Notes under the pieces: model-generated
The model's input: only the letters and a program-made list of their open reading frames with translations
Told to the model about the DNA's origin: nothing
The model's database searches: none
Shown here: piece by piece, positions 23,573 to 35,821 of the stretch
How positions within the stretch are numbered: position 1 is the stretch's first letter
Layout of the letters: every line of letters starts with the position of its first letter
NCBI GenBank assembly: GCA_051942205.1
Contig: JAVECO010000047.1
Coordinates: 62,001 to 126,000, forward strand
DNA: 64,000 nt
From: Coniocarpon cinnabarinum
Taxonomy: Eukaryota
Direction of reading: 5' to 3'
Made by a program: the position numbers and the translations under genes

Positions 23573-24573
23573 TCATCGCCCCTCTCTCATCCACAAGATA
23601 TACTCTTTCTGACTAGGTGTTGGAGCCAGTTGAGACGTGGAATGCTTCATCGTCCACACCTCTTTCTCCAAGGCCGCCCTTTCTGACGTTGTCAGCATCT
23701 CACATGGCAGGAGCACCTGGGGCATGATGACTTGAAAGCCTTCGTAAGGATCTGGACATCCTGCTATGGGTAGAATGTACTCCATCCTCCAATACTTGCC
23801 ATTTCCGGGGCCCCTCCATATCCATCGTGGTGCGAAGTTTTCATCTGTCAACTTCCCGCCAACATGACTTTTTGAAGGCCAGAATATTACTTCGGGAAAG
23901 CCGTGATTTCTGAGCCAGCTATTGCCGCCATCCTGTGCGTCAAGCATGATCCACTCAAACTCGTCTTGGATCACTGGATCGGCATCTGGCGGATGCGCCA
24001 CAAAGATTCGTGGAATTGCGTGAATGCGTATTGCTTCATTTTGCAGGCATCTTGTTATCGTGTTGGAGTCTGTATAAACAGCAGCGCGCGCTGGAAACCC
24101 GCCTATATTTCTTCGTCTGTACATTGCTTGAAGCCCAGCCTTCACGTATGGACCCATTTGTTTGAGAGCGCGCAAGATGTCCTTGGCGGTCAGTTCATGA
24201 GATCTGCTGTAGCTACGACGTCGAGATCGATTGCGAGGATATTGTCCGGAGCTTCGCCGTCGGCCTTGGTCACCTGATGCTCACAACTCTTAGCTTTATG
24301 ACATGTTGTGGTTTGCGCTTGCAAACTTTGTGCAAGTATCTTACCATTGGGAATGTAGTTACTTGAGAAGCTTTGCCTTCGGCTGGTGTAACCTCCTGCT
24401 CTACTGTGCCTATGATTGCTCTTACCCGAGCGTGGCCGAGGAGCCTGGTAAGAAGTGCTGTTCCTGCGCTGACTTCGACCTCGCTGACCATAGCGATGAT
24501 CCCTAAGCTGCGTCGTGGTACGTCGAGTCCTTGTTGAGTCATTGCCGAAATTGTATCTTGGCTGGCGAAACAA
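23573..24573 (-). CDS. Hypothetical protein with an Arg/Ser-rich N-terminus; 5' end unresolved
   Basis: An intron GTAAGA..GCTAAG..CAG (24344..24274) joins the 127-aa and 200-aa ORFs in frame. No in-frame ATG was found at the 5' end. Confidence 0.55.
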
Positions 24574-27500
24574 TGTCTCAACCGGCTGCTAAACTCCAAG
24601 ACGGTTACGCTTGCCAAGACCGACATCGCCGCCACTGAGACAAGAGAGGAGAGCTCCCATTGGGTCCCTAGGCTGACAATGAGTGAGAAGTCTGCTTAAA
24701 TTGTCCGCTAATCTTCTTCCCTCGACATTAATATACGAATACAGGAGAGAAAGAACGGCTACTTCAACGTAAAGGGAACTAACTGAAACGCGGGTGAAAG
24801 AAGACTAGAGCCCCCAAGGAGGTCACCGAAAAAGTAAGTCGTTTGTACATTGACGAGAAGACTGTGACAACGTGTCCAATAGCGATTCCTAAGCGGCGTA
24901 TTTAACACGCGGCACTAGGTGCGTTGGGCTTGAGACTTGTAGGAGTTGCATTCTGTATAAAAAAAGTCAACAAGAAGGGCTGTCCTCGGGGAACAAATTT
25001 GAAATATCTTGGACAATGAGCATGAAATGCATGATGCAGTGATGAGAAGGTGCCAACTCTATTCACGGATTGGAAGAGGTGGCGTGTGGTCCGATGAGCA
25101 ATCATTTTGGAAGCAACGTCCGCAAAATTGAAGGGGCTGCAGACCTGAAGAGAACTGAACCACGTGGCACGAAAAAGATGAGAGTATCAAGGGACTCCAA
25201 AATCAGAACTTGCCTAGTGAACGGGGCTGTTATTTGACAGCAAACTCGTGGGCGCCACGTACATGATGACCGGGACGATGGGGCCAGCTCAGCCGTATCC
25301 TGCTTACCCGCCTAATTCACCATTATCCAGAAAAACAATATCCCACTTCCGTTAGTAGCCGGTGGATTCGATCGGGGCTAAATTCGCTGTCCTGCCATCT
25401 GCATCAACGGCAGGGGAAATGTCCCAGCGGATTGAGGAGGGGGCGATCCTATCACTTTCATTGCGCGCCTTGAGGTCGTACGTTTCTGCCATATTCATCA
25501 CCTGGTCGTACCTACTATGTTCGGCACCCGCTCTAATCTTCAACGCGTAGCATCGTCTCGGTTTACGTTATTAGCAACGTGGCCGTGTGGAAGTACCAAT
25601 AACTTAAAGTGAGTCTATTGGCAGTATCAAGCGCGTGACGTCATAAAGTCACGTGAACCGCTTCCTAAGCAGTCGATTGCACGTCAACTAGCTCCTTCAA
25701 AATTGCATTTGGTCAGAAGCTAAGAACAAGATAAGTCTGCTGATTCTGCGAGAGCGCACAGCATAGGCATTAAGTGGGAAAGAACCCAGAATTCAAAGGT
25801 CTGAAGCCGAGGTATTGTGGACAACAGCGCTGCAGAAGTCCACCGTTCATGTTTCAGCTGCGGTACTAATGACCGTGAGACCCTCTACTTGACATTTCGA
25901 ACCGATGATTGACTTTGCTTTGCGCGCGGAACATTGCCACAGGTCCTGCTTGGCCCGCTTGTGATCACTATCAGCCCGTCTGTGAATTTGTTTCAAAAGG
26001 ACCGACGTTGTCAACCAACAGTGAAACCGGACGTGTAGGAACACATGATGTGGAGACGCGGTGCCGCATGCCTTTGGGATATCTGAGGCTCTGCACTGTT
26101 CCTCTCGCGTATCCACGCTTCGACCAATCTTGAACATCTGATGCAGCCGGGCCAGTTCTCGATTGCGGGTCCAAAGACTTCAAAGCACGCTGCATGGCCT
26201 GCATCTACCATGAAAGCAGCGTGGAGTCCAGGTACTATGCGCTCAAGGTTTCCAAACTTTTTCCGCGTTCACAAGCACACAAAATCGTCGCTTGCCAATC
26301 GCTTGTCTTTCGGTGATCGTGACGGAGAGGGTGCGATGAGGCAACACTAAAAGCAGCGCACGTGCCTTGCACAGGTCTGACTGGATCAACGGACCTTTAC
26401 TCGTTCGTACAGGCTGGCTCCCTTAGATGGTGTTTGTGTGTGCTTGGTTCGCCAGTAGCCTGACAGCCGGTTGCATACATCATAAGGCAATAGAATGTTT
26501 GCAGCCTCAACCAGCAGTTCGGCCCAGCATGCAGCCCTTTCTTGAATTCTGGTCATCAACTCCTCTGCAAATACTGTTCAGCGTCGCTTGATATAAGTTC
26601 TGTCACCGAATCTCATCAACATTTAAGCACTAGCTTTGGGCATGGTTCCGCTGCCCATGTTCATCCCGGTTGCAGCGGTCTGACTGTGCTCAAGTACAGC
26701 CAACCCCTTGGTCAAGCTCACGAATCTCTCGAAATCATGGTCATACATAAGGTCTACGACGTTGAGATGGTTATAAATCATAAAGAAGACCCCGAGAATG
26801 AGCCGAAGTCTCCTCCAACGCCACCACCAGAGAAGTAGGCATTGCTGCCGGGTAAGGTTCTTGCCGCAGATGCTGTCCGGCGGCGTGCATGTAATATGAG
26901 AGCTGATAGAAACTGATTCGCGCGGCAGACCGCCATTCTTGATGATGCTGGAGGGTTAATTAACTCCCCAACGTGGCAGTTTTGAGCAGGCTTGTGACTA
27001 CTCTGAATTCGTTTAAGCCAAACCCGTGTGCGGGAACCATGTGCCAGATCGACAGATGAGCCAGCTTGTTCCTAGATGTGAGCCCAGCTGCGGAAGTTGG
27101 ATGCATGCAAACGATGTAGCTTGCTGTACAACGTCTTTACGCTCCTCCTATGCAATATCAACCAACTGCCATCGTCCATGTGGCGATTCATGCACTCTCA
27201 TGCGCTTTAAATTCTCGGCAAATCTTTCCAAGGCTCAAGTAGCTCACTTGTGGAGAGCACGTGGAGCTTACAGGCAATAGTGGCGTTTCGTTGGCCATGC
27301 GCGTTTGTTTTTCTGCACTTCCGTGTTTGAAGCAGGCATGCAGCCCAGTTCCAACACTGCAGGCAACGCGACACACTCTTTTTCTGTTGCCCAGCCCATG
27401 ATAAATGAGTCCCCGACCATGCATTTGTTCTCTAGTCCGTTCACAATTAGGTTCTATCACTAGAGTGTACTTCAGACTCTTCGAATATACACCTGCAACA

Positions 27501-28536
27501 TATCTCAACCATCAACAATGGCGTACGTTGATGACAACGAGGTTGCTTGCTCTCAAATCAAATCTGCGGTTTGCATTCCGGTCCTGCAAGATGAGGGCCG
27601 CGACGGTCGCCTGACACCAACAATCGGCCGCCTCCGCCAGGCCCAAGGCCTAAGAATGGCAGCAAATAACCATCCTTCTATGACGGACTGTTAAGACTCA
27701 CGAGTGAGTGGACATACCTGTCAGCATATTGGTAGCGGTGCTGACAAGACAAATTACAGCAATAAGGCTCGATCTACAAAGAAAATCCTGCTTTTCAGCC
27801 AGACGGGGCGTGAGACAAACAGGATCTAACTCCTTGCTCTCGACTCTTTCGCGAGCTCTATCAATGTAACCATGTCAATGATGCAAGGCTCATTGAACGC
27901 ATCTTTTGGCAGTCCGAGCACTGAAGCATTTGATTGAGCAAGGATGAAGATGGCTTTCCTCGCAGAACGCGTCTGTTGTGATGTAACCATTCAACATGGC
28001 AATATGAACGGCTGATTATCATAATTCTGTTTCCTTTTCTTCAGGACTTGCTGTCTCCGCTGCTTGCTGACCAACAAGTTTTGATTGCATAGCAGAGGGC
28101 ACTGCTCGGGACCCAAAGTACAATTTGGACACAAAGCCAAAGATGCACAAGTCCAGATGCGATGCATTTCTAGCAACATCTGAACGTTACTTCCGGCTTA
28201 GTGCTCGAGCATGCACCCAAAGACTGCTGGCAGCAATTAGTCTATTTGGCATCTCTTCATTAATAATGATTGGCATGAGCTCGTTTATTGTAAAGAGCCA
28301 ATGCCTCATTTACAAGACCGATCTCGGTCGGGTATCTGTATCCTTCCAGCCCATCCTTCCAAGAGGACCCCCTTAACTGCCTGCTCATGACCATAACAAC
28401 GCCTGAGCAATGGGAAACGCCACCGCCATGCTGATGATGAGAATTGTACAATGACAACGTTCAAATGGGTCTTCAAGTGTGGGTGTGTTGATGAGTAAAC
28501 GCTTGCAGAGCAAGTCTTAGTGTGAATGATTAGGAT

Positions 28537-30600
28537 TCACGTTGGGTCGACAACGTGGTGTGAGGTATACATGGTACGCTCTACTTTCGCAGATGAGTTC
28601 TTGCCAGTCTTCATGCGAAGAGTATTATTCAGGCGAAGCTGCTCCGTTTGTGGTAGAGATAAGTAAGTTTCATTCATAATAGTGACCTGAGGCTCGGGAT
28701 CCAGGTCTGATGCGCCAATGGGATTCACTGAAGCGTTGTTCGCCGTATCTGTTTCTGGCGCATTTGCAGGTGAGTCTTCGAAGCAGTCATTGTCCGCGTC
28801 CTTGTTGCTTGATTCATGGATTTCACTTTCGACCTCTTCAGCACTATTGTCTTCGGGGATTTCGTCTCCTTGCACCGATGGCACCTGCTCATAAAACAGC
28901 ATGAAGACTTCGTTTTGTGCTAGCACGGCTTCGAGAGGGACAGGGATGACAGATTCATCACTGATCCGCCACCATGGCCCTCCAGATACATTACTTGCGT
29001 CGGCAGACTCAAACGATATCGAGCTCTCCTCATGTCGGCGTTCGGCATTGCTCTCTTTCGGAAGTGATTGACGATAACAAATGTAATGACCATTTTCATG
29101 GCGTCCTTGATGAACGATGGCCGCTGTCAACCTGTACAAGTGATTGCCACTGTTTGCCAGAGGCTTCGAGGGTAGCATGGAAGCCAGAGGATCGAGCTTC
29201 CACTCTTCCATCAAGTCATCTCCATTTTCACTACCTCCCACCATCCACGGCCTCACGTCCAGCGTTACGGGGAAATTGACAGCTGCATAGTTCTTGAGTT
29301 GCTCTCCAGTCCTTTCGTCGAACACGCTGCGGTTGATATGAAGCACAAGGGACTTGGGTGCCCGCAGCAGTACCGCCTGTTTGGTCTTCGTACTAGATTT
29401 TAGAAGGCGATCCGGTATTGCACAGACGGTGCGTAAGGTTTCCTCGGAAAAGTCATGATCGTTCAAAGCTTGTTGAACGAGCTCGAGCCTTTGCGAGTGC
29501 TTTTCCATGCCCGCTGACGCATCAGGCGTAGATGAATGCTTCAAAAGATTTGAAATGTGATCGCGGAGAGCGATGAGAGAACAGCTTGAGCACTCAACGC
29601 CTTCAATCTTCTCAAGCTCAGTCGAAGCGTTCAGGCAATGTTCGAGGTCACATGAAGCTGGTCCGCCCAGAGGCAGTGTGAGACAATTGAATGGAACGAG
29701 CGACAGGCCTTCGCAGTAGCCACACTTGATGCACCCAACTCTCTGGGCCATTAAACCTTCAAAAGGATTCGCATCATATCCATGACATGCATCCTGGACT
29801 CGAGTATCTGTTGTTGTTGCCATTTCGGCGCTCTGCTTCAGTGCTTCCTTCTCCTCATTTCCTGCGAGGGGAAAAGCGTTATTGGATTTCAAGCAAGATA
29901 GATCTCCGGCCTCGTTATCGGTTCTTCTCTTAATCAGTTGCTGGATCTCCTTCTCAATTGTGTCCAAGATCATGGAGAAATATTCTTGTGCGTCCTGCTG
30001 TTGCCAACTACTCATAGTCTTGAGCTTTGCAGGTGTCCAGAAGTATGAGTAATCAGCGTCGGAGCGATTCAACTTCGACGTCAGGTCGTGCAAGGCATCG
30101 ATAGTCGTAGCGTCAACTTTCTGTAACGAGCCATTGACGACATGTTCAAGATACTCTTGCATCGGCCGTGCACTCGCAAGCGCTTGGAGGACGCTATTTT
30201 GGTAGCAGCTATGGTCTAGGTTGCCCAAGCCTTTGGGGGCACTGGAAGTGCCAGAACCAATGTTTGTGAGAATACTTCGGCCTGTTCTGATGCCGAGGGC
30301 ATTGCGCAGTGTCTCGCTCTTCTGTGCATGCTCCATAGACCAATTCAAAGCAACGTTTGAATTGTTGTTCCTGTTCTGGGTAGAGCAAAGACCATAGACA
30401 AGCGGAGCTGGCATCGCGTACACAAAGGCATTCCACAGCGTCTCAGTGATTGAGTTCAAGGGATCATCGAGGTACTTCCGGATTATTTGCCAGACCAATA
30501 TGCCTCCGAGAATCGCAGTTATTGCTTCAGGGATCGTCCAGGATGAAGTTAGGTTGGCACTTGGCTCAAGAACGAATTGCTGCTCGAAAACCCGTGGCAT
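28537..30600 (-). CDS. Ubiquitin carboxyl-terminal hydrolase (USP family, Ubp1/Ubp16/USP30-like) with N-terminal membrane anchor
   Basis: Cys box GLGNLDHSCYQNSVLQAL, QQQDAQEY, LHINRS, His box HQGRHENGHYICYR and WWRISD. Hydrophobic AITAILGGILVWQII near the N-terminus. Confidence 0.92.
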   Translation of the reverse strand: MPRVFEQQFVLEPSANLTSSWTIPEAITAILGGILVWQIIRKYLDDPLNSITETLWNAFVYAMPAPLVYGLCSTQNRNNNSNVALNWSMEHAQKSETLRNALGIRTGRSILTNIGSGTSSAPKGLGNLDHSCYQNSVLQALASARPMQEYLEHVVNGSLQKVDATTIDALHDLTSKLNRSDADYSYFWTPAKLKTMSSWQQQDAQEYFSMILDTIEKEIQQLIKRRTDNEAGDLSCLKSNNAFPLAGNEEKEALKQSAEMATTTDTRVQDACHGYDANPFEGLMAQRVGCIKCGYCEGLSLVPFNCLTLPLGGPASCDLEHCLNASTELEKIEGVECSSCSLIALRDHISNLLKHSSTPDASAGMEKHSQRLELVQQALNDHDFSEETLRTVCAIPDRLLKSSTKTKQAVLLRAPKSLVLHINRSVFDERTGEQLKNYAAVNFPVTLDVRPWMVGGSENGDDLMEEWKLDPLASMLPSKPLANSGNHLYRLTAAIVHQGRHENGHYICYRQSLPKESNAERRHEESSISFESADASNVSGGPWWRISDESVIPVPLEAVLAQNEVFMLFYEQVPSVQGDEIPEDNSAEEVESEIHESSNKDADNDCFEDSPANAPETDTANNASVNPIGASDLDPEPQVTIMNETYLSLPQTEQLRLNNTLRMKTGKNSSAKVERTMYTSHHVVDPT

Positions 30601-30891
30601 GATTTCTAATGTCGTTTCCGCCGACACAATAGCTAGTGTTGGATGGGCTTGCTAACATAATGTGAGGCGTTAGGGAAGAATATCCGCAGACTACATCGTG
30701 AACAATGGCTTAGAGAGACTTCTAAGTGATGTTGGTCGTCGAACTTACCTGACAGATTGAAGTTTGCGCTAGCACCTAAACAGAAAGCAAACCCTAACCC
30801 TTGCTTCTAGATTTCACCTCTCGCCTAATGGCTCAACATCCATTCTTACGCGAGGTGTGAGCCCGGAACTTGTGCTCTATTGCCAATAGAA

Positions 30892-31448
30892 ATGACAAAG
30901 GGAAAGCGTAGTAAGAACGTGTTCGTCTGCGTTCAGTAGACTGGTGACTGATTTGTTGAAGAGAAAGCTCGCGAAAAGCAAGCGAAAGCTGTGGCGACAA
31001 TGGACATTGATAAGCCATCTGAAGCCGAGCCGGGCCCTCTTGCGCAGGATGATAAATCACTTAATCATGCTGTGCTAAAGCCGCGACATGCTTCAAATGT
31101 TCAGAAACCGCAGCAAAAGAAGAAGCCTCTTCGGCGAAATCAACGTTTGCGAGTAGAGAGAGGCCTGCAACGCGCCGAGATAGTCATGGACCAAATGGAG
31201 CGAAAAGTCTCTCACAGCTACAAAAAAGGGAAGGTCATCAAGAACCGCAGCGTGAGCATTGTTTCGCATCTCATGATCATCGAAGAGCGCTCAAAGTCAC
31301 TGATGATATACAGCATGAATGGCAAGATATCAATGATGCTATTAACCCGAATAAATCCGGGAAGCCAGAACGAGATCAGATCGATACTCGTAAGGCAACA
31401 GGCAAGAACGATGCCGACAGTTCCACAGATCAGATTCAGATCGCGTAG
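30892..31448 (+). CDS. ALB1: Ribosome biogenesis factor Alb1-like (3 exons)
   Basis: Basic helical KKKPLRRNQRLRVERGLQRAEIVMDQMERKVSHSYKKGKVIKNRS|HEWQDIN. Introns at ~30911..30961 and ~31252..31313; TAG at 31446-31448. Confidence 0.7.
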
Positions 31449-31938
31449 TTCATCTGGTGTAACTGTCGTGCTCAGCGTAAATAAAAACGGAGGGTAGATA
31501 TCCCTTGGCACGTTGATGTCCATGCAGGTACATTTAAAGCCTTTGCCATGACTCGTAGGATCGAGGCAAGCAGGGTTTCATCATACTCAGTAATCTCATG
31601 AAGGTGTTTACAATCGCGGCATATGTACGCGTTTGGAAACTCTATGCGCGTCAAGGCACAGCCGCAAAAGGATAGGCTCTGCTTGTGCGCCCGAAATTAC
31701 CTTCTTAAGCCGATGCCACGCGGACGAGGCTCATGTGAGACCTTTTAACATGACGACATCTGAGACGATGAATCTAACGTGCTGCCTCGAAATGATGATG
31801 TTTCAGGGTTCAAGATGGGCTGCGTGCCCAGCATACATATTTCTATCTCCCTCCGTCTCTCGCAAAGATATTTCATGTCCCTTCTCAAATTTTGAGGTTG
31901 CCTTTGCTTCCAGACAGTCGAATCTTGGGTTTGCAAAT

Positions 31939-34900
31939 ATGGATTTGAGTGTGGCAGGTTTTGGAGACACTTTAATGCACGACGCGGTAAGTACGGATTT
32001 GCGCTTTTATGCGCTTTTCGCCCTCCTTGCTCAGTCTGTTCGCTGTAACTTGGTAATGTCTACCGGAATGAGGCCGCGCGAAACCTTTCGCGTCTTCGGT
32101 TTGGCATTGGTCTCCAACTCGATGTCTGGGTGCTATGGAAAGCATCCATCACTCCATTTTCTGGACGGCTTGGAGCTCAAGCCGCTGACTGTGTGTCTGT
32201 TTTAGAGCCTTCCACCTTCGAGTCGCGCATCGACCGCCGAAACCGCACAACAGCTTCAAGACGCAGCAGATCCCAAGAATGCTGGCCAACACAGCCGCAA
32301 CTACCAGGCTTGTCTGAACTGTCGCAGCCGCAAGGTGAGGTGTGACATGGGGAATGTTGACAACCCACATCTCCCACCCTGCGCGCGTTGCAAGCGCGAG
32401 TCCAGAAATTGTGTATTTTCCTCTGAGAGGAGAAAACGCAAGAACGAGGACTCGCACAGCGTCAACCAGAAGGCAAGCCCTTTTTCGACAGAAAATGATC
32501 CGCCGCCATCAGCCACACCATCGCACCCGCGCAGCCGTCGTCCACCTACTCTTCTCCCCACAGGCATGGATCTTACGAACCCTTACATCAACCCCGGGAA
32601 ATACCATGGAGAGTCATTACCGCTGCGCCGGCGAGCCCGACCCGAGCCCCTTCCGCTACATTCAGACCCTTCGAGCGACTTAAACAACCAAGAGCTCAAT
32701 TATAATGCTACTGTGCGCCTCCAGCATGGGCAGCTGTACAATAACCGTGACGCTCTAGACCTCCTCGCAAAGACAGCTAATGGCTTACCCTTAAAACGTG
32801 AAAGCTCTTCAGAACTTGGCAGCACACCCGAGCGTGATGCAAATGGAGCTGGCGGTTCGCTACCCCATACCACAACGCCAATGGGAGGTGCTATCGAACA
32901 AGGAGACCGATTACAGTATACCGCAACACCATGTTCTGAACAGGATCCTATTCTTATATGGCAAACTCAGGATTTCATCAAGGAAGGCTTGCTTTCTGCT
33001 GTGGAGGGCATGCACTTTGTAGACTTCTTCTACACCCAGATGTACCCATTGACACCAATCATCCTCCCTAACTTCCAAGATGCAGCAACTCACCGCCATC
33101 TGCTTGAGAAAGAGCCAATCCTTGCGCTGACAATCTTGACAATTGCTGCCCGACATTGTCCAACACCATCTTCAGGTTTCAAGGCCATAAATCATGCTAC
33201 CCAGCAGCGCCTCTGGATCACGCTTCAATCGGACATATGTGGCATGTCAGTGGGACATGACCACCGTGAGGGGTCCAGGTCAGCGGCTAAAGCCGCAGTA
33301 CCGATCCCTCTTCGAACATTCGGTATGATTGAGAGTCTGCTGCTTCTCATTGAGTGGCATCAGTCCGTGATTCACGATCAGCCTTCTCTGGTCCACGGCG
33401 GCATCTTGATCAAAGAGGAGCGTCGCGCCAATCGGCCCTCAGAAGCATCCAATCTTGATGTCTGGCGTGAGTCCAGTAGTCGCAGTGATGCACTCAGTTG
33501 GTCTTTTCTGGGGTCGGCCGTGACCTTAGCTTTCGAGCTGGGAATTTTCAATCAGGACAGCATGTCATCGACATACTCGAAGCGCGCGGAAAACATACGA
33601 AATCTGCTCTACATCTTCTCGATTCAGACCAGTGGCCGTTTGTCTATTCCATCGATGATTGGAGAGCATCACTGGGCACAGGTCACCACAAAACCCAACT
33701 CGCCGCATGGTGACAGTAGCAACTCCTCTCAGAGCCCCAGCAATCCAGCTGTTGTATCAATTGCACCCAATCTCACCTTCGAAGAGACCGCCATGCATTT
33801 CTGGTTTCGCATCGCACAACTGTTTAGTATTGGCAACAAGATGCTCTGGCCTAGTCAGTCGCGGACACTACAGATCGTGGAAAAGGGCATCTACGCAGAC
33901 ATGTTGGATAGGCTCGCCAGAGAGCATGAAAAATGGCGTCAAGCCTTTGACAGGTGCACAAATTTGTCGCCCAGTGCTCGCTGTGTTCTTGACATTGAGT
34001 ACTACTACATGCGTGTGCATGGCAACAACATCGCACTGCAAGCTGTTGTACAGCGATGCACGAACGTCACTCCACCTGAAGACAGTGACAAGCCTATCCC
34101 GCCGGAAGTCCTCGAGGGTTGCATGGGGAACGACAGAAAGTTCATTGACATGATCAGCCGAGACAGCAAACAGTTGTTGAATTGTGTCATGAATGGGCTG
34201 CGACGAGAGAAGCATTTGACTCACATTTCTAGTCGTACATTCTGGAGGATCGCCAACGTTTCGATCATTCTACTAAAGACGCTATCGCTCGGCACATTTC
34301 GCGACAACTTTGCGGAATCCTTGAGCCTGCTGGAGGACGCGGCATGGGCTCTTTCAGAATATTCCATCGACGATGTCCATGTTGCGACGGATTTTGCAAC
34401 ATCATTGCGCTCAACCGTCGCTCGCGTAAGAGCCAATATGATTCGTGCGCCCGTACAACAGAACTTCGGCCGCAGCCAAAAAGCCAATACTGATAATGAT
34501 GGAAAAACAGGCCCCAACCTCACGATAGACACCCAGCAGAGACCTGGTCCAACTTTGCACCCGCCGCTATCAGGACAGCATCTCGTCTCGCCAATTACCC
34601 CCAAAATTCACCCCGAATCATTTGCTCGTCGTTCAGTAACACAGCCGCAGAGCAAGCTTCGGCAGAGCTACACAGTCGGGTCCTTCAACAGCTCGTCACA
34701 GGAGCAATACGACCCCAGCAACACACCCATCGCTGTTGGAACAGGCAGCTCACCTGCGACCTACGCACCTGTGTCAACCACACAAGCGTGGAGCTATCCG
34801 CCGCAAAGCTCTACTCATCCAACTTTCACCTTCACTCAGCCAGCAGGTCTCATGCCGGCGCCACCTGCGAGCCGCCACGATCAAGCTTTCGGTCCAACTT

Positions 34901-35256
34901 CGTTTCCAACACCGTCAGGCACGTCGTCAAACTTCAACTACGCCGCTTTCACAAGCTCGCAAGGCCACAACGCCATGCTCTACCACTCGCCAAGTCCTCG
35001 TCAGCCATTTGATCGCGAATTCTTCCAGCATTCTCCACATTTCCCTTCGCCTCGGCCTCATCAAAGCTTTGGTCAGGATTGGTATGGCCTCGATGTGACG
35101 CCGCTGAGTGGACGCGCTGAAGTGAGCAAGAGCGAGTACGGACCCATCGTCGACGGCCAGGACATGCTCGATGTCATGACTCCCAATCATCCACCGACTT
35201 CCGCGAATCCGACTGGCGTGCCTTATGGCTGGGGCAGCTTGAGCAACTCGTCTTGA
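31939..35256 (+). CDS. ARO80: Zn(II)2Cys6 transcription factor, Aro80-like (exon 1 31939-31986, exon 2 32206-35256)
   Basis: RNYQACLNCRSRKVRCDMGNVDNPHLPPCARCKRESRNCVF closely matches the Aro80 binuclear cluster. Fungal TF middle region LRTFGMIESLLLLIEWH. A GTAAGT...TAG intron links an upstream ATG exon in phase 0. Confidence 0.85.
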
Positions 35257-35821
35257 GTCTGTACCCTGCACTCTGGCCGAGTGCAACATCTGCGTTGCGA
35301 TGTAGGTAAGTGTGTCGAACTTCTGGACTCTGTTCGACTGCCTGGCCACGGCACAGCCCCTTGTGCCCTTCTCTCGCTGTCCAGCAGCGGCTCTGTACCT
35401 GCCGCTACTGTTTTCTTTTGTTTTTGGGGACAAGGTAATGGAGGCTTTTTGATTTCCTGCGGCAATACACTAGAGAGACTGCCTGATGCCCCTTGCATTC
35501 TTGATCGACAACACACCATTGCTGGTGGGCCAGACTGTCTCTTGAATATTAGAGGGTGTATTTGCAGCACATATGCTTGGAGGCTTTTTGTTGCACTCTT
35601 CCATAGATCCTCGGTCACGGCAGAACATCCCCTTCCCCTCTCTTTGCATCGCGTAGCTTATTGTACAAAACTAGTTTAAACACAAAAAAAATATGTACCA
35701 AGCTTTGCTTGGAGGCTTTCCAATGCACTTCCATAGATTCTCTGTCGAGGCGAGATGTCCCTACGCTTTACAACGTGCAGCTAAGTACACAGGCATACGT
35801 CCAAAATATTGACATCTCTCT

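Noticed and set aside
27518..27900. Intron-like signals (GTGAGT..CTGAC..CAG at ~27704-27759)
   Set aside because: All frames upstream contain stops; no coherent gene model.
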